Shown here piece by piece: positions 18,318 to 28,315 of a DNA stretch of 49,848 bases. The stretch covers positions 1 to 49,848 of the forward strand of contig JAZAOF010000075.1 in NCBI GenBank assembly GCA_036228265.1, read 5' to 3'. The notes beneath the pieces are model-generated. The model worked only from the letters and a program-made list of their open reading frames with translations, searched no databases and had not been told where the DNA came from. Each line of letters starts with the position of its first letter. Within the stretch, counting starts at the first letter, position 1. The DNA is from Myxococcota bacterium. Its GTDB lineage: Bacteria > Myxococcota_A > UBA9160 > UBA4427. The translations under genes were made by a program, and so were the position numbers.

Positions 18318-21300
18318 TTAGAAGTGGATCAGGAGACCAAGGCTGAGGTTGTGCTCCTGGAGCTTCGTGTTGCCGCGAAAGTCGTAGCCGAGAAAGGTGC
18401 TGAGGCCGCCGGAGTCGATGAACTCGATCGTGGTCCCCACGAGGCCAAAGTCGCGGCCGGTGCTCGCGCCTTCGACCGAGAAGGGGTTCCCGCCAATGCT
18501 CGCGTCGAGCGTCGGGTGGGTGTCGAGAAACTCGTGGTCGTAGCGGGCGCGCAATTCAGCGCGGAGTTTCAGGGACGGGCCCAGGGTGACGACCTGGTCG
18601 GCGCTGAGCCCGATCGCGAGGTCGAGTGACTGGTAGTCGCTCGAGGGCCCGCTGAGATTCGTGCCGACGGGGGCACCGGATTCCGCGAAGCTCGCCTGGT
18701 CGAAATAGCTGTAGCCGAGACCGAGGAACGGGCGCAGGTGGACTTCGCCCAGCGCAAAAGCCCGGGTTCCGGCTTCCGCGTAGACCGTGAACTCGTTGCC
18801 GTCATAGGTTGCCTTGGCCTGGTCATTCAGGGCGTTGTAGGTGAGCCTTCGGCGGTCTTCGAAGTCGCTCCAGGCGTAGCTGAGTTGCAAGCCCGCGTAC
18901 GCCCCGAGTTCGGGGTGGGCGTAGGCCGCGTAGAGGCCCCCGCGAACGGTGTCGCCGGTCCCTTCGGCCTCTATGCTCTCGTAGTTTTCGATGTCGGTTC
19001 GGGCGTAGGCCATCGAAGCTCCCACGAGAAAGGGTGCGCTGAAGCTGTAGTCGGCTCCCAGTGCGGCACCGTAGATCCGGTAGTCGAAGCCCGGGGTATT
19101 GGCGTTGCCGTCGAGCTCGCCCAGGATTCCGTACCCGTCGATCCAACCCCCGAAGCCCGAGGTGTCGGCCGGGGTGCCGCCGCCGCTCCCGTTCCAGTAG
19201 GTCTGGGCCGCGGGGGGAGTCGAGGTGGGGGCAAAGAAGCGCCGGTTGTGTTGGCGTCGGCGCGGAGCAAACCCCCCGCCATCTCCTTGCATGGGGTCCT
19301 GGGCTTCGAAGCGGCGAGCGGGGTTGCCGCGGTCGGCGTAGTTGCGCAAACGGCGCGCCAGTTGCCTTTGGTAATGCAGGCTCTCGGACTGGCGAGTGGT
19401 GAGTGCGGAGGTGAGCGGGATTCCGGCGAGTTGCTCGAGGGCGGCGGGGATCTCGGCCGAATCGATGGTGTGTAGGCTGGGGGTGTCACAAAACGCCACC
19501 GCGCTGGCAACGGCGGCCTCGTTGCGGGTTCGTGCAAAGCTCGCGAGGTTTGCGTTCGGGTCGCATTCTACCGTGACCTGGATGAAATCTGTCGCCTGGT
19601 TCACACCGATGTTGAGAAGCGGATAGTCCTTGGCGTAGGAAACCGCGAACGTACCGCTACGCCCCGTGGCCGAGTCGGTATTGTCAAAAATCGTGGCGAC
19701 CGATTCAACGCTGTAGTCCTCGTTGTCGGCGATGGTCAGCCGGAGGACCGCGCCCGCGAGAACGTCGGTCGTGCCGTCCGCGATGACGTAGTCCGAGCGG
19801 TCTCCGCCGCCGACGAAGGCTGAGAAGGTGCTGCCCGAATCGAATGTCAGGACGGAAGCGGGGAAAAAATAGAGAGGAAGAGACGTTTCGAGATTCGAGG
19901 GAGCGAGCGCCCCGCCACTCTGGATGTTCACGGGGCCGCCAATCCCATTGTCGGTGGCGAAGAGTTGACTCCAGCCCGAGAGGGCTCCACCGTCATGGAT
20001 CGCAATGGGCGTTTCGGTGTATCCAAGCACCTGGAGATTGCCCGTTCCCGAGACGTCGAAGTTCGAGGTGTCCATCTGGTCGATGGCTTCGCCGAGAGCC
20101 AGCGTGCCCCCGGTGACGGTCGTGGGGCCCGTATAGGTCTGGTTCTCCACCAGGGTGACGCTGCCGCCACCGACTTTCGACACGCTGCCATCACCGGAGA
20201 TAACGCCGGTAAACTCGGGCGTCGTCGCGACATCGTCGAAGGCCAGGAAGGACAGGGTGGCACCCGACTCGACCTCGGTGGGGATGATCCCACTGGGCCC
20301 GGTCTCCACGGGCAGGCTATCGGTCGTGACGACGAGCGTTCCGGCCCTGACTTCGGTTCCAGCCTCGGTTGAACTTCCACCGCTGTAGGTGTTCTGGCCC
20401 AGGAGGGTGACCGTCCCGGTTCCTTCCTTGATCAGCTTGCCATTGCCGCTGATGTTGCTCGAATTCGTCCCGGCGTCCGGCTGGCTGACCGTCTCGAAGA
20501 TGAGTTGGGCCGCGTCGGCAAGCACGATGCTGGATCCGGACGCGCCGGGAATGGTCGTCGTGTCCCCGTAGAGCTCAGCCCCTCCGACCAGGTCGAGAGT
20601 GCCCACCAGCCCCTGGTTGTTGCCCGTCAGCCGCACCTTCGACGCCTGGACCTGCAGCGTGCCCGTGCCCGTGACCGCAGTGGAGAAAACCGCCGTATCG
20701 GTGGGGTTGGGCAAGGTCGAGGTGTCGATCTCGAGCTTGAGCGTGCCCGTCGAACTCAGCGACACGCCGCCGGTGCTGGGGAGGGCCGCGGTGTCGAGGA
20801 TCCGCAGGATCCCGACTTCGACCTCGGTACCCCCCGTGTAGTCGCTGGTCGTGTTGGTGAGTTGGAAGGAGATCGCCTCGGGGTCGACGGGATTCGTTGC
20901 GACCAGCCGGACCTTGCCCGATCCCGTAATCTTGCCGCCGAAGGACTGGCCATTGGTCGTGGGTTGGAACTCGAGTGCGGTGGTATCGCCGCCCAGGGTG
21001 ACTTCGCCGTCCGCAGGAAGCGCCACGGCGCCCCCCGTATTCGATGACACCGCCAGCGTTCCCCCGTTCACCTCGGTTCCGCCCTTCCAGTCGTTGCCCG
21101 AATTGGCGAGGGTCACGGTGGCGTCGCCTTCCTTCACCAACTGGCCATTGCCGACGATCTCGACGCCGTACACGGGCCCCGTGTCCGCGGCGTCGATCTT
21201 GGCCAGGTTGAAGACGAGCTTGATGTCCGAAGTGGGAGCGGCCGCCGGATCGCCGATCGTCACGACATTTCCCGTGATGTCGGCCAGTGCCCCGGCATGG

Positions 21301-21902
21301 GTGATGATGAGATCGCCCGCCTCGATCCGGGTGTTTCCGTAAGAGTTCTCGCCGCTCAACGTGAGTGATTCCGCGCCCTGCTTCACGAGATCCTGGAGGT
21401 TGCCAGCCGTCCTATCGATGTTGGCGGAGACCTCCCCGGATCGGGTGGCCTGGTCGAAGATGAGGTTGGCGCCGTCGGCTCTCAGGGAGAAGCCGCTCTG
21501 GCTAAAGAGCGCGACGTCGCGAAAGGTGGAGGGCTTGTCGAGACCGAAATTGGAGCCCGTTTCGGTGCCGCGCGTGATCGTCAGCCCCGGCGAGTTCGAG
21601 GCGTCGAGGGTGACGGGATTGATGATCTCGAGCGGAAGAGGCCGGTCGATGCCCGGCAGGGGGTCGTCGATGAGGATGATGCTCTGATCCGTGCCCACAG
21701 CGATGTTGATCGAAATCGTGTCGGTGCCGTCGACAAAGGAGACGGCGTTGGCCTGCTCGATGGCCCAGCGCAGGGTGGAGTTGGCACCGTTGTCGGCGGT
21801 GCTGGTCACCTGGAACGCGTAGTCGGTGGCCCAGCCCCCCCCGGCGGTTGCGCCCGCAAGCACGACAGCCATGCCGATCGAGCGAAAAAGCGAAGCGATC
21901 AC
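18318..21902 (-). CDS. Autotransporter (type Va) with passenger-associated transport repeats and C-terminal beta-barrel
   Basis: Signal peptide; about five LxKxGxGTxTLxxxNxYxG repeats; G/T/S-rich passenger; barrel ending LSLGLLIHF; GTG 21902 after GAGGAG. Confidence 0.92.
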   Translation of the reverse strand: MIASLFRSIGMAVVLAGATAGGGWATDYAFQVTSTADNGANSTLRWAIEQANAVSFVDGTDTISINIAVGTDQSIILIDDPLPGIDRPLPLEIINPVTLDASNSPGLTITRGTETGSNFGLDKPSTFRDVALFSQSGFSLRADGANLIFDQATRSGEVSANIDRTAGNLQDLVKQGAESLTLSGENSYGNTRIEAGDLIITHAGALADITGNVVTIGDPAAAPTSDIKLVFNLAKIDAADTGPVYGVEIVGNGQLVKEGDATVTLANSGNDWKGGTEVNGGTLAVSSNTGGAVALPADGEVTLGGDTTALEFQPTTNGQSFGGKITGSGKVRLVATNPVDPEAISFQLTNTTSDYTGGTEVEVGILRILDTAALPSTGGVSLSSTGTLKLEIDTSTLPNPTDTAVFSTAVTGTGTLQVQASKVRLTGNNQGLVGTLDLVGGAELYGDTTTIPGASGSSIVLADAAQLIFETVSQPDAGTNSSNISGNGKLIKEGTGTVTLLGQNTYSGGSSTEAGTEVRAGTLVVTTDSLPVETGPSGIIPTEVESGATLSFLAFDDVATTPEFTGVISGDGSVSKVGGGSVTLVENQTYTGPTTVTGGTLALGEAIDQMDTSNFDVSGTGNLQVLGYTETPIAIHDGGALSGWSQLFATDNGIGGPVNIQSGGALAPSNLETSLPLYFFPASVLTFDSGSTFSAFVGGGDRSDYVIADGTTDVLAGAVLRLTIADNEDYSVESVATIFDNTDSATGRSGTFAVSYAKDYPLLNIGVNQATDFIQVTVECDPNANLASFARTRNEAAVASAVAFCDTPSLHTIDSAEIPAALEQLAGIPLTSALTTRQSESLHYQRQLARRLRNYADRGNPARRFEAQDPMQGDGGGFAPRRRQHNRRFFAPTSTPPAAQTYWNGSGGGTPADTSGFGGWIDGYGILGELDGNANTPGFDYRIYGAALGADYSFSAPFLVGASMAYARTDIENYESIEAEGTGDTVRGGLYAAYAHPELGAYAGLQLSYAWSDFEDRRRLTYNALNDQAKATYDGNEFTVYAEAGTRAFALGEVHLRPFLGLGYSYFDQASFAESGAPVGTNLSGPSSDYQSLDLAIGLSADQVVTLGPSLKLRAELRARYDHEFLDTHPTLDASIGGNPFSVEGASTGRDFGLVGTTIEFIDSGGLSTFLGYDFRGNTKLQEHNLSLGLLIHF

Positions 21903-22153
21903 GGGATTCTCCTCGAGGCCAAGCGCGGGGCGGGAGTCCGGGAAGACTCCGAGCATAGTCAGTGAAGAACGCAGCCCCCACCCCCTCCGGCGAGTCGCGG
22001 GGCCTTTCCCAGGGCTGGCCGGGAAGACCTTGAACCGTCGGGGTCGCTCCCGTAGCCTTGGCGAGCGCGCCCCGCGAAGAATCTTCGTCGGGGCGACCCA
22101 GTCGATACACCCCCACCCCAGACGCGCCGCGAGCGCGCAGGAGACCCCCCACC

Positions 22154-23260
22154 ATGGCGAGAAAAGGCAAGGCTGTTGTCTGTCGCGAAATGAACGCCCC
22201 GGTCGTCGTCGAGACCGTCGAGATCGCGGACCCCAAGCGCGACGAAGTGACCCTCAAGATGAAGGCGTGCGGGGTTTGTCACAGCGACCTTTCTGCGACC
22301 AACGGCACCATCCCCTTGCCGCCGCCGTCGGTCCTGGGCCACGAGGCCTGCGGGATTGTCGAGGAAGTGGGCGAGGGAGTCACGGATATCAAGGTGGGAG
22401 ATACGGCGATCGTCTCCTGGGTCGCGATGTGCGGAAAGTGCAAGTACTGCGCCATGGGCCGACCCGCCCTCTGCGACGTGGGCGCCCAGGCCACCATCAC
22501 CTTGCCTGACGGAACCAGCCGCCTCACCGACGGTGACGGCAATACGCTGAACCACTTTGCCGGTGTCTCGGTGATGGCCGAGTACGCGACGATGCATCGC
22601 GACAACATCATCCGGATCGATCCGGACATCCCCGCGCCCGCGGCGGCGCTGGTAGGCTGCGCCGTGATGACCGGTGTGGGCGCGGCGCTCAACACGGCCA
22701 ACGTCCAACCGGGTTCGTCGGTCGTTGTGATCGGCGCGGGCGGCATCGGCCTCAACGTCATCCAGGGGGCGGCCCTGGCGGGGGCGGAGAAGGTGATCGC
22801 CGTCGACATGGAGGACAAGAAACTCGAATTCGCCGCCGAGTTCGGGGCCACGCACCGCATCAATCCGTCCACCGACGGCGACGCCGTGGCGAAGGTGATG
22901 GAGTTGACCGGCGATGGCGCCGACTACGCCTTCGAGTGCATTGGCCTCGGCGCGACGGTCGAGCAGACCTACAACTCGATTCGCAAGGGCGGTACGGCGG
23001 TGGTTGTCGGCGTTTCGAATCTTGCCGAGACCGTCACCCTGGGCACGTTCTTCATGCCCTTCCAGGAGAAGATCCTCACGGGTTCGATGTACGGCAGCGC
23101 CCGTCCGCGCGAGGACTTCCCGAAGCTACTGGCCCTCTACCAGGCCAACCGCCTGAAGCTCGACGAACTGGTTACCGCGACCTACTCGATCGATGAAGCG
23201 CCACGCGCCTTCGAGGACATGCAGAACGGTTTGAATGCGCGCGGGGTGATCATTTTCTAG
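22154..23260 (+). CDS. Zn-dependent alcohol dehydrogenase (MDR family)
   Basis: GVCHSD, LGHE, CGKCKYC...C structural Zn, GAGGIG. Confidence 0.93.
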   Translation: MARKGKAVVCREMNAPVVVETVEIADPKRDEVTLKMKACGVCHSDLSATNGTIPLPPPSVLGHEACGIVEEVGEGVTDIKVGDTAIVSWVAMCGKCKYCAMGRPALCDVGAQATITLPDGTSRLTDGDGNTLNHFAGVSVMAEYATMHRDNIIRIDPDIPAPAAALVGCAVMTGVGAALNTANVQPGSSVVVIGAGGIGLNVIQGAALAGAEKVIAVDMEDKKLEFAAEFGATHRINPSTDGDAVAKVMELTGDGADYAFECIGLGATVEQTYNSIRKGGTAVVVGVSNLAETVTLGTFFMPFQEKILTGSMYGSARPREDFPKLLALYQANRLKLDELVTATYSIDEAPRAFEDMQNGLNARGVIIF

Positions 23261-23287
23261 GGGGCGCGGGGCGCTGGAGATTCGACG

Positions 23288-25021
23288 ATGACGAGACGGG
23301 GCCGGATCCGGCTGGCGGCAGTCGTGCTGTTGCTCCTGTTGGGCCTCGCGTTTTTCTTTCGGAGCGAGGCGACGGACGCGATCGAGCCCGGCTCGACGCT
23401 CTTGCTGACCGTCGGCGGGGCCTATGCCGAAGCACCCAAGGACTCGCCCCTGGCCAAGATTCTCGGAGAAGGTCGCGAACCGTTTCTCGACCTGCTCTCG
23501 ACGCTAAACCTTGCGCGTCGTGACGATCGCCTGGACGTCGTCGTGGTCCGGCTCCGGGATCTCCAGGTCGGCTGGGGGAAGGCCCAGGAAATTCGCAACG
23601 CCCTGGGCCGGGTTCGAGACGCAGGGCGGCGGGTGGTGGTCGTCCTCGAAACCCAGGGCCTCAGTGCCAACGGGGAATACTACGTCGCGAGTGTCGCGGA
23701 CGAGATCTATGCGACACCGGGATCCGTTGCGCCGGTGTTGGGTCTCTCGGCGGAGGCGTATTTCCTGGGAGGACTCTTCGAGAAGCTCGGGCTCGAGTGG
23801 GACGTCGCCCAGGCGGGGCGTTACAAGAGCGCCGTAGAAACCTACACCCAGACCCACTTCTCCGAGTCCGCCCGGGAGAACCTCGAATCGATGCTCGATT
23901 CGTTCAACGCCCAGTTCGTGACGGGAATTGCCCAGGGTCGCGGTTGGACCGTCGACGAAGTTCGGGAGGCGATCGACCGGGGTCCGCTGCTTCCGACGGA
24001 ACTCGAGGCGCTCGGATTGATCGATGGTGTCCGGCACGTCGACGAGGTTCTCTGCGACTGCGATGAGCCCGAAAAGCTCGTCCACGGCAAGAGCTACCGG
24101 AACATGGACCCCGCGGCTCTGGGGTTTGAAGCCGTTTCGCAGTACGCGATCCTCTATGGCAGCGGGGCCGTCGTGTCGGGGTCGGCGAGCATGACCCCGA
24201 TGGGGGCGCCGGTATTTGCCTCGCGCACCTTCACGGCCGCGGTCGACGAGGCCGCCGAGCGAGAGGACATCGACGCGCTCATTCTTCGCATCGATAGCCC
24301 CGGCGGTTCGGCGATGGCCTCCGAGGAGATCTGGTACGCCGTCCGCAAGGCGCGTCGCCACGGAAAGCCGATCGTGGCCTCTTTTTCCGACGTGGCCGCG
24401 TCCGGGGGGTATTACGTGGCCGTGGCTGCGGATGCGATCGTGAGTTCTCCCGGGACGGTGACGGGATCGATCGGCGTGTTTGCGCTTCGCCCGATCCTGA
24501 AGCCGGTTCTCGACGAGATCGGGGTTTCGGTTCAGACGTTTACCCGCGGCCGGTACGCGAATTGCCAATTTACCCTCGAACGGCCATCGGAGGAATGCCA
24601 GGCGCGGCTCCAACACACGGTGCTCGACATCTACGGCCTGTTTCTCGATCGTGTTTCGGAGGGCCGTTCGCTTGACCTCGCGGAAGTCGACGCCGTGGGC
24701 CAGGGTCGGGTGTGGACGGGCGAGCAGGCGTTCGAGGTCGGCCTGGTCGACGAGTTGGGGGGGCTCGACGCGGCGGTCAAGCGGATCAACCGAATGCGTG
24801 GCTTGGAAGAAGAGGCCGACGCCCTCCTGGTTCCGTATCCGCGACCGCAGTCGTTGGGCGAGCAGTTGGCCGATTTGTTCCAGGTCCGTGCGATTGCGGC
24901 GCTGCGTTCGTGGTGGCCGGTCCCGTTGCCGGAATCGGTGGCGCCATTCCACGCCTGGCTCGCCGGTTGGTCTTCGGAAGGCCCGCTATTGGTGCCACCG
25001 GTCTGGGTCGAGGTAAAGTGA
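23288..25021 (+). CDS. sppA: Signal peptide peptidase SppA (two-domain, S49)
   Basis: N-terminal TM, GRYKSA (Lys), RIDSPGGS, AASGGYY (Ser), TGSIGV, GRVWTG. Confidence 0.93.
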   Translation: MTRRGRIRLAAVVLLLLLGLAFFFRSEATDAIEPGSTLLLTVGGAYAEAPKDSPLAKILGEGREPFLDLLSTLNLARRDDRLDVVVVRLRDLQVGWGKAQEIRNALGRVRDAGRRVVVVLETQGLSANGEYYVASVADEIYATPGSVAPVLGLSAEAYFLGGLFEKLGLEWDVAQAGRYKSAVETYTQTHFSESARENLESMLDSFNAQFVTGIAQGRGWTVDEVREAIDRGPLLPTELEALGLIDGVRHVDEVLCDCDEPEKLVHGKSYRNMDPAALGFEAVSQYAILYGSGAVVSGSASMTPMGAPVFASRTFTAAVDEAAEREDIDALILRIDSPGGSAMASEEIWYAVRKARRHGKPIVASFSDVAASGGYYVAVAADAIVSSPGTVTGSIGVFALRPILKPVLDEIGVSVQTFTRGRYANCQFTLERPSEECQARLQHTVLDIYGLFLDRVSEGRSLDLAEVDAVGQGRVWTGEQAFEVGLVDELGGLDAAVKRINRMRGLEEEADALLVPYPRPQSLGEQLADLFQVRAIAALRSWWPVPLPESVAPFHAWLAGWSSEGPLLVPPVWVEVK

Positions 25022-25025
25022 GACC

Positions 25026-25850
25026 ATGGCTGTGGTTGTTGCAGGAGACGGCGTCGAACTCTACGCCGAGGTCCACGGGGAGGGTATCCCGCTCCTTTTT
25101 TCGTGCGGCTACTGCACGACCCACGAGAACTGGCGCCCGCAGGTGGAGCCGCTCGTGGAAGCGGGTGCGCGGGTCATCTTGTGGGACTACCGCGGTCACG
25201 GACTCTCGAAGGCGCCGGCTTCGCCCGACGGTTTCAGCATGGCGCAGGTGGTGGACGACATGGGGAGGGTTCTCGATTGGGCCGCTCCCGAAGAGCCGGC
25301 CGTACTGGCCGGGCTTTCGTTCGGGGGATTGGCTTCCCTGCACTTTGCGAAACGGTCACCGAAGCGCGTGAAGGGACTGATCCTCGCGGGCAGCGGCCCC
25401 GGCTTCAAGAAACCCGAGGCCCAGGCGCGTTGGCAGGCCCAGGTGGAAAAGACGGCCCAGATCTGGGAGTCGCGCGGAGGCGGCGCGTTGGTTTCAGGGC
25501 GTGCGGCCTCGACCACGATTGGCCGTGATCCGGAGGCGAAAGCGGCGCGCCGTGCCGCCGCCGCGATCGAGGCCCAGGATCCGCTGGCCGTGGCGTCCTT
25601 TGGTCGCCTGGTGGTGGGGTTTGCCGAGAGCGTGATCGATGACCTCGCGGGGATCGACATTCCGGCTCTTGTCGTGGTCGGTGAAGAGGACGCGGCTTTT
25701 CTCCGCGCCGCTGACGTGATGGGCGCGCGCCTGCCCCGGGCGCAGACGCTGCACATCCCAGGAGCCGGTCACATCGTCAATATCGAGGCCGAAACGGCCT
25801 TCAACGATGCCTCCAGGGGGTTCCTGGCCTCCCTGGCCCCCTCGGGTTGA
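25026..25850 (+). CDS. Alpha/beta hydrolase
   Basis: WDYRGHGLS, GLSFGG nucleophile elbow, GEEDA, GAGH. Confidence 0.9.
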   Translation: MAVVVAGDGVELYAEVHGEGIPLLFSCGYCTTHENWRPQVEPLVEAGARVILWDYRGHGLSKAPASPDGFSMAQVVDDMGRVLDWAAPEEPAVLAGLSFGGLASLHFAKRSPKRVKGLILAGSGPGFKKPEAQARWQAQVEKTAQIWESRGGGALVSGRAASTTIGRDPEAKAARRAAAAIEAQDPLAVASFGRLVVGFAESVIDDLAGIDIPALVVVGEEDAAFLRAADVMGARLPRAQTLHIPGAGHIVNIEAETAFNDASRGFLASLAPSG

Positions 25851-25947
25851 AGCGGCGGGCCCATGGCCCGCCCAGAGGCGCTATTTCTTCGAAACCGGCG
25901 AAACCTTCGGGCCTTTGCCGGGTTGGATTCTCTTGTCGGAGGCGTGC

Positions 25948-26526
25948 GTGCAGGAGATCGACCCCGACGCACAGCTGATGCTGGCGTTTCAAGCGGGTGA
26001 CGTTTCGGCGTTCGACAAGCTGTTCGAACGTTGGTCGGCCCCACTGCTGCGGTATCTCGATCGGATCGTGCGCGATGCGTCGACGGCCGAAGAACTCGTG
26101 CAGGAGGCTTTTCTGCGCGTCCACCGAGCGAGAGAACGGTATGTACCCGAGGCGAAATTTTCGACGTGGCTCTACCGGATCGCATCGAACCTCGCCTTCA
26201 ACGAGTTGCGCCGACCTCAAAGCCGCCACCGTCATGCGAGCGTGGACGACGAGACCACCGGCCTCCACCTCCAGGCTCGCGAGGCCGACCCGGAAAGCGT
26301 GGCCCCCCCCCGCCTTCTCGGGGGCGATGTGGAGCGCGAATTCCAGCGACTCCCCGAGCGCCAACGGATGGCGCTCTGGCTGTCGGCTGTCGAGGGGATG
26401 CCCTACGCGGAAATCGCGGAAGCCCTCGAGACCACCCAGAAGTCGGTAAAGAGCCTGGTTCACCGGGGGCGGGCCACCCTGGCCGACCGAATTCCCGGGG
26501 CCCGGGAATCCGAATCGAAACGATGA
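25948..26526 (+). CDS. ECF RNA polymerase sigma factor
   Basis: DAQLM..FQAGD, AEELVQEAFLRV, FSTWLYRIASN, LPERQR, YAEIAE...VKSLVHRGR; RBS GGAGG. Confidence 0.93.
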   Translation: MQEIDPDAQLMLAFQAGDVSAFDKLFERWSAPLLRYLDRIVRDASTAEELVQEAFLRVHRARERYVPEAKFSTWLYRIASNLAFNELRRPQSRHRHASVDDETTGLHLQAREADPESVAPPRLLGGDVEREFQRLPERQRMALWLSAVEGMPYAEIAEALETTQKSVKSLVHRGRATLADRIPGARESESKR

Positions 26527-27200
26527 GCGATAGTGATCGCGGCGAGAAACGAGACGAGAAAGAGATGACCGAGGAACGCGATACCCGCCTGGACGAAGCG
26601 CTTTCGGCGCTCCGCGACGGAGAACTCTCTCCCCGGGAGCAAGCCGACTTGTCGCGGCGTGTCGACACCGAGCCGGCCCTGCGCGAGCGAGTCGAAGCGT
26701 TCGAGGCCGTCGATCGGGCCCTGGAAGGCTTGTCGTCACGAGAGATTCCGGCGGATCTTGGGGAACGCCTCCGGGCGCGGATCGATCGCGATCCTTTCGC
26801 TCCGCGGGTTCGCTTGCGTGACGGGGATCGTCGCTCGGCGGGGCCGCGTCGTCGCCGCCGATCGTGGGCCGCGGTAGGAGCGGGCCTCGCGGCGGCGGCG
26901 GCCTTGGCTCTCTACCTGGCCCTCCCGACGCCCGGGCCGCGTGCGCCATTGCCTGGGTTCGATTCGCTCGCGCCGAGTGATCCCTCCGACGTAGTCCTCG
27001 TCGAGCGGGCTCCGTCTCGAGTCGATCCGGTGGCACTGGCGGAGCCGGTTCTGGCCGATCCCCTGGGGTTCCAAGATGCCTCGGAGGAAGAGGTGGCCAT
27101 TGCCTTCCACTATGAAACGCTGGCCGACCTGGAGATGATCGAAGAACTCGAAATGCTCGAGTTGCTCGCGGCACTCGACGACGGAGGGCCCCGGGGATGA
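26523..27200 (+). CDS. Probable membrane-anchored anti-sigma factor
   Basis: ATGA overlap with sigma; LSALRDGELS N-terminal anti-sigma motif; one TM; acidic C-term. Confidence 0.75.
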   Translation: MSDSDRGEKRDEKEMTEERDTRLDEALSALRDGELSPREQADLSRRVDTEPALRERVEAFEAVDRALEGLSSREIPADLGERLRARIDRDPFAPRVRLRDGDRRSAGPRRRRRSWAAVGAGLAAAAALALYLALPTPGPRAPLPGFDSLAPSDPSDVVLVERAPSRVDPVALAEPVLADPLGFQDASEEEVAIAFHYETLADLEMIEELEMLELLAALDDGGPRG

Positions 27201-28315
27201 GATGGCTTCACCTCCCGTGGGTTGCGACGTTGCTGGTGATGGGGGCGGTCGTGCCGGCCGTTGTTCACGCCGACGGCCCTTCCGAACCCCGGGGAGAGGC
27301 CCTTCGGCCTCATCGCGCGGGCCCAGAAAGAGCCGGCCCCGGCTCGCGGGCCTACCGGGATTCGCTCCCACCGGACGAAAGAAAACGGCTGCGGCACATG
27401 GAAGCCGAGGAGCGCCGCGCCGAAATGCGCGAGCGAGCCGAAGCCATGTCCCCCGAACAACGCCGCGCTTTGCGGCTGGGGCGTCGAGAACGGGAGCGCG
27501 GTCCGGGTCGGCGTCCACATGCGGGATGGAAGTCGGACATCGAGGCCCTCGCTCCCGGGGAACGCGAGGCTTTGCACGAACAGATGCGAGGTCTTTCCCC
27601 CGAAGAGCAGCGCGACGTTCTTCGCGATCGCTTCGGCGATCCCGGGCGCCCGCCCTCGGGCGAAGGAGGGCCCGGGCATCGAGGACCGGATCATCGGCGG
27701 AGGGTTGGGGAGTACATGGACTCGCTCCCGGAAGACGAGCGCCAGCAATTGCGCTCTGAACTCAAAGGTCTCGAACCCAGAGAACGCCGAGAGGTGATGC
27801 GCGATCGATTCCAGAATCTTCCAGCCGAGGAGCGCGAGAGGCTGCTCAAGCGCTTCCGCTCCCTCGGCCCCGAAGATCGCGAACGCATGCGAGATCGAAT
27901 GCGGGCCGAGAACCCAAGGGCGCGTCGACAATTGTGGGCGGAGGACGGAGAAATCGACCCCGCGCAACGACGCGCCCAGCACCGCGCCTTGCGAGAAAAC
28001 GTGAAAAGTCTTCCAGAGGCCGAGCGACAGCAGGTGCGCGAGCAGCTTCGGCGCTACCGGGAGCTTCCTCCCGAGGAACAGGAACGACTTCGCGAAAGAC
28101 TCCGCGAGGTCGAATCGATGTCGCCCCAACGCCGGGAGCAACTCCGGGAGCGCGCAGAAACCTGGCGAGCACTACCCGAGGCCAAGCGCGATCGCCTGCG
28201 CTCCCAGATGAGACGCCTGAACGAACTCCAACCGGAAGAGCGCCTCGAACTTCTCGATAGCGTGCTCGATGGCGAGGGCGGCGTGTTCGAAGAGCCGGAC
28301 GCGTCTCTCGACTAG
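27197..28315 (+). CDS. Exported helical-repeat protein, DUF3106-like
   Basis: Signal peptide (AVVHA-D); about 14 L/M-x-P/x-E-E-R-x-x-L repeats, R/E-rich; ATGA overlap. Confidence 0.7.
   Translation: MRWLHLPWVATLLVMGAVVPAVVHADGPSEPRGEALRPHRAGPERAGPGSRAYRDSLPPDERKRLRHMEAEERRAEMRERAEAMSPEQRRALRLGRRERERGPGRRPHAGWKSDIEALAPGEREALHEQMRGLSPEEQRDVLRDRFGDPGRPPSGEGGPGHRGPDHRRRVGEYMDSLPEDERQQLRSELKGLEPRERREVMRDRFQNLPAEERERLLKRFRSLGPEDRERMRDRMRAENPRARRQLWAEDGEIDPAQRRAQHRALRENVKSLPEAERQQVREQLRRYRELPPEEQERLRERLREVESMSPQRREQLRERAETWRALPEAKRDRLRSQMRRLNELQPEERLELLDSVLDGEGGVFEEPDASLD

Noticed and set aside
27197-28315. CRISPR array or DNA tandem repeat
   Set aside because: Repeats are degenerate and only at protein level
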